Shown here one piece after another: positions 50,475-62,006 of a stretch of DNA of 64,000 nucleotides. Each line of letters begins with the position of its first letter. Position 1 is the first letter of the stretch. The position numbers were made by a program, and so were the translations under genes. Source of the stretch: Tubulanus polymorphus (Eukaryota; Animalia; Nemertea). The notes beneath the pieces are model-generated. The model ran no database searches and was not told where the DNA came from. It worked only from the letters and a program-made list of their open reading frames with translations. The stretch is from positions 23,182,950 to 23,246,949 of the forward strand of contig NC_134029.1 of the NCBI RefSeq assembly GCF_964204645.1, in the 5' to 3' direction.

Positions 50475-53400
50475 ATGTCGTCGAAATCAAAACCCCTGGA
50501 AGACGGTGTCGTGCTGAAGAAGTTTCAGTCAATAGCCCCGACCCAGGAAGGTATTCAAACTCTATCGAAGTGGATGATTCATTATAAAGCTCACGCCAGT
50601 AAACTGGTCGTACTCTGGATGAATGTGATGAAAAACGGTAATTATGACCAATGGGGTACCCGCGAAACCAGCTATCCCACCAGATGGCGCAACAAGCAGT
50701 AGGTCGTTCGTTGTCAAAATTAGTTCATTTTCAATGACATTTGAACTGGATTTTTGAACTCCTCAATCCATATACTATCACAGCACCTACCAGTATACAA
50801 TACTTTCATTCTTCTAATCGGATGTTGGTAAAGTTTCCAAAAATGATTCATTCATTTAAGAGAAAAGTTAATTTAGGTTTAATTGAAATGTAGACGAAAT
50901 CGAACGTGGACGACCAACTATCTACTAGCGACACCTGGCGGATCCTCGCCTGCCATACGTGGAATCCTCGATTGCCACAGTAGCACTGCGGGTACCCCAT
51001 TACGCGACTTTTCTGAAATTCTTTTTCATTTTCTTGATAATCTGGCTATAGTCGGATAAAGATCGAAAACAAGAAGTGATCGTTTTGCTGAAATGGTATA
51101 ATTCCTGAATCTAGTCGCTTTCTGATCTGCTGATCGACAACTGAGGTGTTGAAAATCGAAGAAAGCATCGAAGAGAAATTAATGGATTTGAAACCATTGC
51201 CTACTTACTATGGTCTAGTGCAGTATTCTACCACTAGATCGTTACTTCTGCCCCTAAACCTAACCCCTACTCGTAATTTGCAAAATATCCACTCCTTAAA
51301 GGGCACGGATGTGAAGCTGGAGGGGTTAGGTGACATTTTGATCGATCATCTGACTCCGGCCAATGATTCCTTCTTTTAGATATCTAATCGATATTTTGTA
51401 AAATATATTTTCAGCTAAACCTGCGCAGCGTTTGACGCTGTTTTATTTGTGTAACGACGTCGTTCAGAATTGTAAACGAAAAAACGCCGTCATTTTTCAA
51501 ACGCTTTTTAAAACCGTATTGAAAGACGCCGTTTTATTGGTCAGGTATGTCGCATTCTTACCTAGGTTACAACTTGATTCCTTTGAAAACTCCTCTGAAT
51601 TGAAGAATTAATTAATTTACGAGGACCTTAAATCTCCTAAATTGCACCAAACTCCTTGAATTTTCTGATTGCTATGCACTATCTTGTGATATCATGTCCG
51701 GTACATTTACCGCTGTAAACCTTTTTCATTTTTAATATTTTTCCTTTTGAATGAATACTCCTCTAATGAACCCAATTGCTTCGTTGTCTTTAAGTTAAAC
51801 GTTGAAATGATTGAATTTCTTAACCCTTTCAGTGCTGGCTAATTAATACCCTATAGTGCTGAAGATAATTTGAAAATTCTGAAAAATTCCACCCTAGTGT
51901 GTTTAATAACAGGAATACCACTATAGTGCGTCTACACCGCGGTGCAATGTATCGTTAGTTACTAATATTTCACTATGTTTGACAGGTGCTGCCATCTTTC
52001 AAGAGAGATAATTAGTAATTACTAATTTAATCAATACGACGCAGTGCGGTGTACTAGCAAAATCCATCACTGATTCTTACACCGCACTGCGGATTATGAA
52101 AGGGTTAAACAGTATTTTTATTTTCGTTGCAGAGATGAAAGTATACGTAAAAATATCGAACGGATATTAAAAATCTGGACGGAACGAAATGTTTATCACA
52201 CAGATTTTATCGATCAGCTACAGTCAACTTTAAGTAAGTTTGTTTCGTTCATTGAAGATTTGATTCAGTTGATCCGGTTCTCCGGAGCTCGACCCTCTCG
52301 GGTTGAGGTTGCCTCGATCGTTTATCAAAATCTCTTCATTTCTTTTCAAAATTCAACTGATTCGGATCCGGTTTCTGGGTCAAGTTTCACAAACGTGATT
52401 CACTCTTGATTCATGAAGAAATTGAATTGAAATGAGATTTTTTTAAAAGAATTTTAAACTGGTCCAAAAGCCATATTTAACGGAGAAGTCTAGTTCCACA
52501 CTTACTGTTACTCTTGAGTGAAAATGAGTAAATTAAGAATATGTGACTTAAGTCCAGAACTGTGGAACTGGGTCCTACATATTATATCTTTATTAGAGTC
52601 AACTTTCAACTGATCCGTAAAATTGTTGTCTTTTGACCTGTTTTTAGTGCAAGACATTCCAACAGAACCAGAACCAGAACCAATACCTGATATCGAACCC
52701 GATTATCCCGAGGAAATACCATTAGTTGAACCAGAAGCTGCGCCTCCCCCGAAGAAAAAGAAAACTATCGATCCTAAACTTTTACAAGATTTTCAGGTAA
52801 TTGTTTTGAGTCCGGTGCAGATATTACAAAAAATAATGGCACACAAAATCAGGTGTATAACAGGTAGGGGCCGTTAAGTGTGTATTTGAAATTCAGCTGA
52901 TATTCAACCAAACCTCCATGTACACAATTAACATACATTTTTAGTCACTCGCTTTAATTACTAACAAGTATCTGTGGCACACTGACGTTCATTGTGATTT
53001 AAAAAAATCATCTTTTCTTCGACTGCAGCCGAAAGAAATGGCTGAAAAGATGGTGAATTTCATCGCTACAATTAAAGAGGCCGAAATGAAAGAATTGAAT
53101 GCATCTCGATTACGTTTTGACATCAACACAGTTGAAGAAGTTAAAAGATTGAAAGGTATGAATGAATTCACCTCAATGCAGGGTTCTGACGGATCTGGGA
53201 TTTGTTTTTCCCGGCGCAGAAATCATGGAAAACTGACGTTGCATTTTTGACGGTGTCTTGTTCTTGTTGGACTGCAATTGACTTAAACCCACGGGCTAAT
53301 GTAATTGAAAGAGTTAGCCCGGGTTAAAGTTATTTTCAGTCAATAAAACTGGCCCCAGGGATTTTTTGGTCAAGGGTCAGGGAAAATATGGTAATTTATG

Positions 53401-56400
53401 ATTCCCTGATCTGTAAGAAACTTTTTGATGATAATCTAAGCTTTCTGCGTAGATCAGATTGAATGTTCGATGAATACGATATTTCAGATCGAAGTCACGG
53501 ATATGATTTCGCTCGTCAGTTCGAAGAGTCGTGTAATAAACTGGAGGATTACGTGAAATATTTAGAGAAGGTCGCCGGTGATCGGGAATCGTTGTTACTA
53601 ATGCTCGATACTAGTGAGATGTACTACGACGCTCAATACGGAGAAGCTAAAGTTGTCGCAAATGTAAGTTCAGTGGTTAGATTCTAAGATAAGTGAATTT
53701 GTCATCTAGATGTAGCGGTAAAGAAATGGAATACTCAGTAGTAAACCTTCATTTCAACTCTGACACTCATTAGCGCTCAGGGGCCAGTTGCACAGTCATG
53801 ACTTAAGACCAAAAGTGGTCTTCAATCTTAAGACTGGTCTTAAGTTGTTAGATTGGCTATAGAACTAAGTTGGTCTTAGACTGGTCTTAAGTCTAAGCCA
53901 TGACTATGCAACCGACCCCAGGAATTTCGCTGTTTATTTCTTACCAGAAAATTCAAGGGAAAAGCCACATTTGGGCTTGAGTGCTAATAGGTTAATAAAC
54001 TTAGTTATTTCATCATCATCTACAATACAACAGATTATCTGTAATGTTGATTCTATGCTGTATTGTACTAGTTCAATTTGACTCGATATTAAATGTTGTT
54101 ATTAAGATAAAAACCCACTTTAAATCTACAAATTAAAAGCATTTAAAAACAAGAAATTTATTTAATATTCGAACAATCTAAAATATATGAAATACACGAT
54201 GTTTCGATCTCACACTAGAGATCATCGTCAGGTGTGAGATATAGACTAAAAACAGGGGTACATATACAGGTTAATTGAGTAAATTGGTGAGTGAGACAAA
54301 ATCCTCTTTTGATTAAATATAGTTTGTTTGTGTTGTAGGCGTATAGAAATTTCGGTTCGCGGATCAATAGACAACGGAAGCATTTAGACGAAACGCGACG
54401 TAAACTGCCAGAACCGAAACCTCAGTCGGTTTATACTGATTCTAGTAATACTGATGTCATCGATATGGAATTAGACGAACAGCAGGATAGCATGTATAAA
54501 CGTAAGTACGACTAGAATTTCGTGAACTCGTTTTGACTAATTTCTTTTTGCAAACGTTAATATTCAATCGTCATTATTTTCGAACTGGTTTCTGCATCGG
54601 CCAAGAATTCACCGTGATGTGGATCGCCGAAGTCCACTAAAAAGGTTAATTGAAAATATAGAAATATTTCTGATGAGCTATCACCCTTCATCGTCAGTGG
54701 AGGCAATATATTTCGGTATTTTTGATGAACCCTTTAGCTAATTTTGGGACTTTCCATCACGGCTATTGCGATTTAAAGTTATATAACATGTATTAGGCAC
54801 TTAGTTATCTAACCCTAGTCAAATTCTAACTGAAAACACAAGTATAACTGGCTTCAATCCAACAAATGATTTAAAAACCTTTTTTGATTGTGCTGATTTT
54901 CAATCTCCTATCAATCTGCAGTCTGTACCCACCCCCTTCAGAATCAGACTTTTGCCATCCTTCTTACAAAAACTGATGGTCTTCACAAGATCTCCTGTCT
55001 CGATCATTGGCATCTCTATTCGAGAATAAATGACAGTTTATCCCGGGCCCCTCGCAGACATTTCGTCGCAGTACATTGAAAATTAGATCATTCAGACTTA
55101 ACGCTTCAAAACGCTATTGTCTGATGGGTGCGGGTAGGGACAACAGATTCATTCAGGGATTAGATTGATGTGAAAAATGCATGTCTGCTGGAAAACAAAA
55201 ATATGAAAAATTCGATACCACATCTGATATTTTCATGTTCCTGTTTTTGTTGTGAAAAAATGTGGAGAAAAGCCAATAGTGCGAGGATGAAATAGAATTC
55301 AGTGATCACTGATATGTTTATCTCGTGGTATTGAATAGAATTACGCTGTGTGTGTTGGACTATAGCGTGTATATTGTTGTGGTTTTCAGCTGTTTACGGA
55401 CCGGGGTCCAACACGTCCACAACCGATTCGCTTCACTGTCGTCCTATATCCAGTGTTCCGACTATTGCGGCCGAAGGTACTGCCATTTTGTATCCTTGCA
55501 ATTCGAATATCGTTTTCGATTGCAAGGGCGGATCCGGAAACGTTTTATTAAAAACAGGGTCGTACGGACTAGCGATCGGAATAGATTATCATACAGTAAA
55601 CCATGCGTCGTCGGTGGGATGAAGGCTCGCGGGAAAATGTTTCATCCTGTTTTATATTTCTCTTTTTCAAGTCAAATTAAACACTGAACAAATAGATCAA
55701 TGATTTTATTTTGAGAGGTTGCTTTAGTAGTCAGACTACAGAAGCAACCTCTCATGAATGATGAGTCGATACAAGGAACAAACGTCGAGCTCTGTTTCTA
55801 TTGTTAGACGTAGTTTTCATTCAAAATCTTGATAATTTTTCTCAAGTCTAGGAAAAAACCTTCCTGTCAGAAAACATTCGACCTACGCGTGGTTTACTGT
55901 ACCCTCTTTTTAATACGAACGTACCGTAAATAGAAAAGAAAAAACTAATACACTTTACTAAAAAAACAGTTTTTCTATTCAAGCTGCGATGAGTTTTAAA
56001 CAGCGTTCGATTGTGGATCCGCCCTTCGTGATTGATCAACCAGTCTGTTGTGTCGAGTGAAATTTCAGGGCTCTCATTGGCGAACGAAAATCGAATTATC
56101 TTTCATCCCCAAAAATTATTTATATTCATCATTATTATTTTGATTGCAGGCGAAAGCAAAGTAGTTACCACGGCTTTGAACACGTTATATAAACTAATAT
56201 TCTGCGCACTCGACGTATCGAAACAGTCACCATCCCTTTTGATTTTTTCGATGTATTCATTTGAAACCGTTCAGAAATTTTGAGCCCTGAAACAAACGTC
56301 GTTTAGTCGTAAACCTAGAATATGATAGACTTATATTTTTAAGATTTTTAGTTCACGAATTGTGTTATAATTTCTTTTCGAATTATTACGTATTGCGTTT

Positions 56401-58949
56401 AATAAAGTATCAAATAATATCATATCATATCATTATTTACCATCAAAAAAGGCCATAGGCCTATGTACAGACAGCCTCATAATAACACTCTAGTATTTAT
56501 GCAAATGAATATGAAGCTCGTAAGAGTAAAAGAATTCATGAACTTACGATAGAAACTCTTGGTCACATTCTTTCGCATATATTTCATAAGTTTCAGTTGG
56601 TTAAAGTTAACTAGTATTAATGTCAACCGGGATGGTGACTACCCCCAACCCCTCCTCATGATCCAATAATTCGGTGATGATTGAAAAATGAATCGTTTCA
56701 ATTTTTTCAGAAATCAAAACTGATGACGATGCTTATTCGATTAGTTCAGAAATATCGGCACCATCGCCGGAGGGATCGCCGTTTGAACTACAACTGTCTC
56801 CTATAGACGAAACTAAAAAGAAAGATTTCAATATCGTTAAAGGCAAGTACCGGTTGAGAGAAAGAGAGAACATGGACTTATTAAGGCATAGATAATATGG
56901 AAAATATAGTAAACAGGGTGGCCTCTTACTAACCTGGAAATCAGAGAAAAGTTTGGGAATTTAATTTCTTTAAAAAGGTCGGGAATAGTCAAGAGAATTC
57001 TGTAAAAAAGCTAAAAATCAGCAGGAAGTCGGTGAAGTTTGTTGAGATTGTGTAGATCGTGTGTAATAATCAAACAATATCTGTTTTCTATATCAGGAAT
57101 CGGTGATGGTTTGGAAAGTCGATTAGCTTCGATGCAATCAGCCGTTTATAACCCGAAAGAAGCCTTAAAACCGAAGAAATCGGGCGTTCACGAGATTATT
57201 CAACACGCGCGACTGTCGGCTGGAATCATGAACGCCGATGGCGGCAGCGGTGATTCTACTCCGGTTAAAGACGAGCCGTTCGGAGGAACCGGAGACGGAG
57301 ATACGACTCCGACCCAGGACGAGATGTTCGACCAGCAACAGTCGTCGTCGTCGTCGCAGAATTCATCGTCGATTTCGAAATCGGTGGAATTACTCGATCA
57401 GTTGATCAGTCAAACGAAACAAACCGATCCGACGTTGTTACAGAATCTCGCGATGCTCCGCGACCAAGTTCAAAAACAAGTTCTACTCGACAAAGAGAAA
57501 ACGCCGCCCGCGAAGAAAGGACCCGATAACTGGACGGCTTGGAAAGCTCAGAAAGAAGGCGCGAAATCGACGTCTGGTCAGGATGATGAAGAATCTCCTC
57601 CACCACCTCCCCCTCCACCCCCTCCAGCTCCCCTCATCAATAACGTACCCCCGTTTAATCTACCGATGGTTCTGCCTCAAATGATGCAGCCTCCTCCCGC
57701 GCCGATGGGTCTCGCGTTACCCCCACCACCCCCTCCACCCCAGCTACAGTCATCGATCATGTTACGACCTCCATCAGGCGTAACTCCTCCCCCGCTCGTA
57801 CAGACTCCGCCCTCTTCGATGCAGATGTCACTCACTCCTCCGATAATGACGCCGTCTGCGTCGACTGCGATGTTGAGTCCGCATCAGCAACAATCGATGG
57901 CTTCGAACCCGATGATGAATCTTCCGCCGTTCATGCCGCCTCCTAATTTACCTCCCCCGCCTCCTCCGCCTCCCGCGCTGTCTCAGAGTCAGGATTATCC
58001 CGTAATCGATCATCGTCGTCACACGGTGCAATCGATTCAAACGATATCGAGCAACGGAGGATTCGACGCGGCGTCCGACGTCGTCGTCGAGATGAATCAC
58101 CTCGCAGCAGGAGGAGGACGAGGAGGAGGAACATATCATCATCATCAACATCATCATCATCAGCAGCATCATCATCAAACGTCGATGTACGACGATGGAA
58201 ACGACGAACAGAGGACGATACCGACGATCGGCGGTACGAGGAATAAACCGGTTCTACGTCCGGCTGGTCCGCCGCCGCTGATGCCCAACAAATCAAACCA
58301 CGGCGACGGCGAAGAACAACAAGACGAATTCATACAAAAACTCAAACAGAAAAGCAACAACATTTCGAATATCGTTTCGGTGAATACGGGCGGCGGTCGT
58401 TATCGCTCGTTTTCCGGTAGTAGTTTACGTAATCTGGTGTCAGTTAGTCAAACGGATAGTTACAACGCCGGCGCCGCCGATAGTTCGTTAGTTAATAGCA
58501 GCTCTCAGCAGGCGGTCGCCACGTCGGAATTAGAACCGGTGACGAGTATGGCCGCAGGAGGTGGAGCGCCTGATAAAGATGTAACGCAGTCGGCTATGGA
58601 GTTAGATTCGGATGAAGGAGGTAGCGACCAGCAGCACCAGCAGCAGCAGCAGCAGCTACAGACCGGTCGTATTAACGAACATCAAACTGATTCACAGCAA
58701 ACTACGAAAGAAATGGAACGATTCAATCCGGCTCCACTCCTCGATCATCATCGCGACCAGTTTTACGAGGATGATTTCAGTTTTCAGAGTCACGACGGGC
58801 CGCACCAGCCGCAGCAGCTACGACCGATGCTACATTTCGATCATTTTCGAGGAGGAAGGCCGCCGATGTATCGTCCTCGGCACCAGCACAGCCCTAGACG
58901 TCGCGGGCCGCACCCGGGCTCGTACGGTTTTTACCGACCCAGATACTGA
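50475..58949 (+). CDS. RPRD2: Regulation of nuclear pre-mRNA domain-containing protein 2 (CID + CREPT coiled coil + long low-complexity tail), about 997 aa
   Basis: Exons 50475-50637, 51415-51544, 52133-52233, 52648-52796, 53029-53155, 53488-53663, 54339-54501, 56711-56842, 57097-58949; total 2994 nt, all phases consistent. CID motifs [31 protein letters not shown] and [14 protein letters not shown]; RPRD2-type [22 protein letters not shown] and APSPEGSPF; Pro/His/Gln-rich tail. Confidence 0.92.
50650..51001. mobile_element. MITE with 14-bp TIR at the start of RPRD2 intron 1
   Basis: AATGGGGTACCCGC / GCGGGTACCCCATT; begins 12 nt after the exon 1 donor. Confidence 0.65.
51824..52104 (+). mobile_element. 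piggyBac-type MITE, family B, second copy
   Basis: TTAA|CCCTTTCAGTGC ... TGAAAGGG|TTAA; colinear with 19878-20164; ends 28 nt before RPRD2 exon 3. Confidence 0.9.
53781..53918 (+). mobile_element. PIF/Harbinger-type MITE, family A (138 bp)
   Basis: TIR GGGCCAGTTGCACAGTCATGACTTA / TAAGCCATGACTATGCAACCGACCC, flanked by a CAG...CAG (CWG) duplication. Confidence 0.85.
54194..54235 (-). ncRNA. Minimal type-I hammerhead ribozyme motif, second sequence family
   Basis: - strand RNA ACAC CUGACGA U GAUCUC UAGUGU GAGAUC GAAA CA UC GUGU: 4-bp stem I, intact core, 6-bp stem II, AUC triplet. Lies in an RPRD2 intron, antisense to the gene. Confidence 0.65.
55390..55476 (+). CDS. RPRD2: Candidate symmetric (phase 1/1) cassette exon of RPRD2, 29 codons
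   Basis: GGTTTTCAG acceptor, 87 nt open in frame ([28 protein letters not shown]), GAAG|GTACTG donor; GC/CpG-rich like the other exons. Confidence 0.55.
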
Positions 58950-60044
58950 TATACTTTCATACTCGTATTGAATGGTAATTGCATTTAACTCCCACTGATT
59001 TCTATCTATCTTTCTTTCACCGAATCAAGTTACATATATTTAATGAAAACCATTCATTTAGTTCAGTTCTCGTCACATTATGAAATTGATGAAGTTTACG
59101 ACATAGATGAAATATTTAAATGTCCAAAAATGTGATTATTTTTTAAGTTCACCGAGCTTGGCCTAATTCATATTTCTCGAAAGCCATCGCGGGGACCACT
59201 GTTCGATTCTTAGTTTTTGCTGCCCGATCACCGAGTTCTCTAATTGTTTACAGTTTTGTATACGCGTAAATAGAGGTGAAATTGCTTCAAAAGCTTTCAT
59301 AATTTGTTGGTTAAAGAGTTGTATATAGAATGTGTATATTGATGTGTTCTGTAAGATACAATTAAAATTGGTTGTATTTGTGTACGATGTGTAAATAGAA
59401 ATTTATGTAATGTATGTAAATAGCGGCTGCTGTAATGAATGTTTCTATCGAAAAGGTTTTAAAAGCGACCAGAATTTAAATCTAGTTTATAATCGTCACT
59501 AATGTGTGAGATCATGATGTTGAATAGATTCTCCTGGAGAATATGCATTAGGAGAAAAATCGTTTTAACTGAGATGAAAATAAAATCAGCACATTATTTT
59601 CTAATTAATTCATCAGCTCTTTTACTTCTTATGTTTCTTTTTCTGTTTGTTAAAGAATATATGGATAACTATTGGTATCCCTTCACTTCATCCAGATGTG
59701 TCAGTCGGTAAAAATGCTGGGTCCTTTGGATGTTTAGCTCGGCCATGCATGGATATCATGAACACTCTGCAACTGTCCCAGCTATGCCAGTTGCAGCTCA
59801 AGCCCAGTACACTTGTCCTACTTACCATCAGTCAGTCGCTATCACAGGGATTGGATCCAGTAACAATGACAATATAGGCTACCACTATCTCTAGTTAGCT
59901 ACCTAAGTTATTGCTAGTGGTAAGTCACAAGTTGACCTTCAACTACCCTTCAGTTCTAACCAGAGGGAATAGGGTAATGACATCTTACTGGTGGATCCTG
60001 GCCTCTTATGTTCCAGTAATCTCAAGATGCAAAGATCTACAAAT

Positions 60045-60090
60045 AATAAATTCATGAACAACTCGAAAATTAAGTGCACAAGACTTTATT
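60045..60090. terminator. Facing poly(A) signals between RPRD2 (+) and UPF1 (-)
   Basis: AATAAA on + at 60045-60050 (a proximal one at 59579-59584) and TTTATT (AATAAA on -) at 60085-60090. Confidence 0.45.
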
Positions 60091-62006
60091 GTTCCAACCC
60101 AAAGAATGATTTTCACGGGGCACACATTTCAACCCTTCCATAAGCAGAATATTATCACATACTGGATAGAATTTTCAAACGTAAACAATGTAGTACGTAA
60201 CTGAAAGGGAAATTCCTGATCAATGATCTTCACAGTGTTTCTAAAACTTCATTCAATTCGCATTATCACTATACTCGGTACAATCTCAACATTGGTGAGG
60301 AGCTAATAATTCTCGAAACTTCGGGGTAAAAATGTATAAAATTTTGATAAGCGACGAAGGATCTAAGCGACTGAAACAACAATAACAATGGAAGAATAAT
60401 GAAATTAATTGATGCTTAGATTCGTTTTAAAGAAGGTTGTACGTTTTTTTTTTTTACTGATAGTTTCTTTACCCACAGCCATAGTTTACACAAATAACCG
60501 GAAACTAACACCGTTCAAGATAAATAAAACAGCTCGGTCTCAAATAGGTAAAACATTAGAATGTCGATGTCTCATTAGCTGTCATGCATAGCAAAGCTTA
60601 AAATATCCACAAAATCAATTGTTTACTAACTCAAGATATGAGCGCAAAATTATCTATTATGATGAATAAGCGGCATTTTCACAGATGTTACAGTAAGCAA
60701 TAATGATTTCGTACATGTACGTACACGTATATGTATATGCAGTATATATATATTGAATAATGGTAATTTCCAAGTTCGTAGGATAAATAATTCTTGTCCG
60801 ATAAATTAGCGCAAGTAGAATGAAACTAAGGATAAAATTAATGGTTGTTCGTCCTATAATCAGAAAAACTGAACACATGTCAAGTGCTTTTTGAGTGTAA
60901 AATTCTAGTCAACTTTCAACTCATCATAGCTGTTTCGAAAAGATGAGCAATTGTTCTATCATTAAATCAAGAAGCCAAGCGGATATTTTCGAATAACGAA
61001 AAAAAAAAAACCACAGACTTAGTTTTCGAAAATAGGTCTGGCTCGAGAATCTATGACATGCAATAACGGTGATATCTTAAAATGGTTGATTAATAAAACA
61101 AGACATTACAGCGTTCCTATAACTAAATAAACACGATTTATATATATATACGAACAGTCCGCTATCAAAGAGATAGAACACTGGGAACGCTTCATCGTTA
61201 AAAACGTCTCCTACCAGGTGAATTATAATAATTCAATTCTTGAATTAACGTATCGTAAGATTAACCCACAGAATACCAGCACGACGACTCGCGACTAGGC
61301 CCACTCGAACATCGTTTAGCCACGGAACTTTCAGAATATTTCGGAAATTCTTGCCCAACGATTATTGAGCGGCTGGCGTCGCTTTGTCGCGAGGTACTCG
61401 CTTCCAGAATATGTTGTTGGTTGTAGTTGTACACAGACACATGTTACACCAGTATTTAATGCAGCAGTAGCAGCGGAGACTACTTTCGTTTGACGTCGAG
61501 TCTTTATTTTTGTTATTTTTTCATCGGAGGACCGATCATTGATTAATGAACCTAACAACCATAACCCGCGCTCGAATCATCGAGCGCTCATTCCCGGTCT
61601 CTTGTGCGCGTGTCAGTCAATATCCCTCCCTTATTTCGATTTCAATGATGATGATGATGATAATAGTAACGATATTATCATCATTTCGATACATCGGTAT
61701 AACGACTCAATAGACGCAGGCTCCCACCCGGTCGGTCGGCAGCGTGAAATGCGGTTGGTGCATTCAGCTCTTTCATCGCGTATTCGGGCTTCGATTGTCT
61801 GGTCGTCGTTTGTATGCGCGGGTAAGAATCGTAGGGAGGTATTTTTGACACCGTCGGTCGGTCAGTCGGTCGGTCAGTCGTTAGGATGAGGTGGTCACTC
61901 ACGATCGCGTGATCATCACAACTTCTCTTCTTCAGCTTCGAGCTTGAATTTAAACAGCGGCCACACGTCGCGTGGTGTACGTCACAGTCTCAGCCGATCG
62001 AACGTT

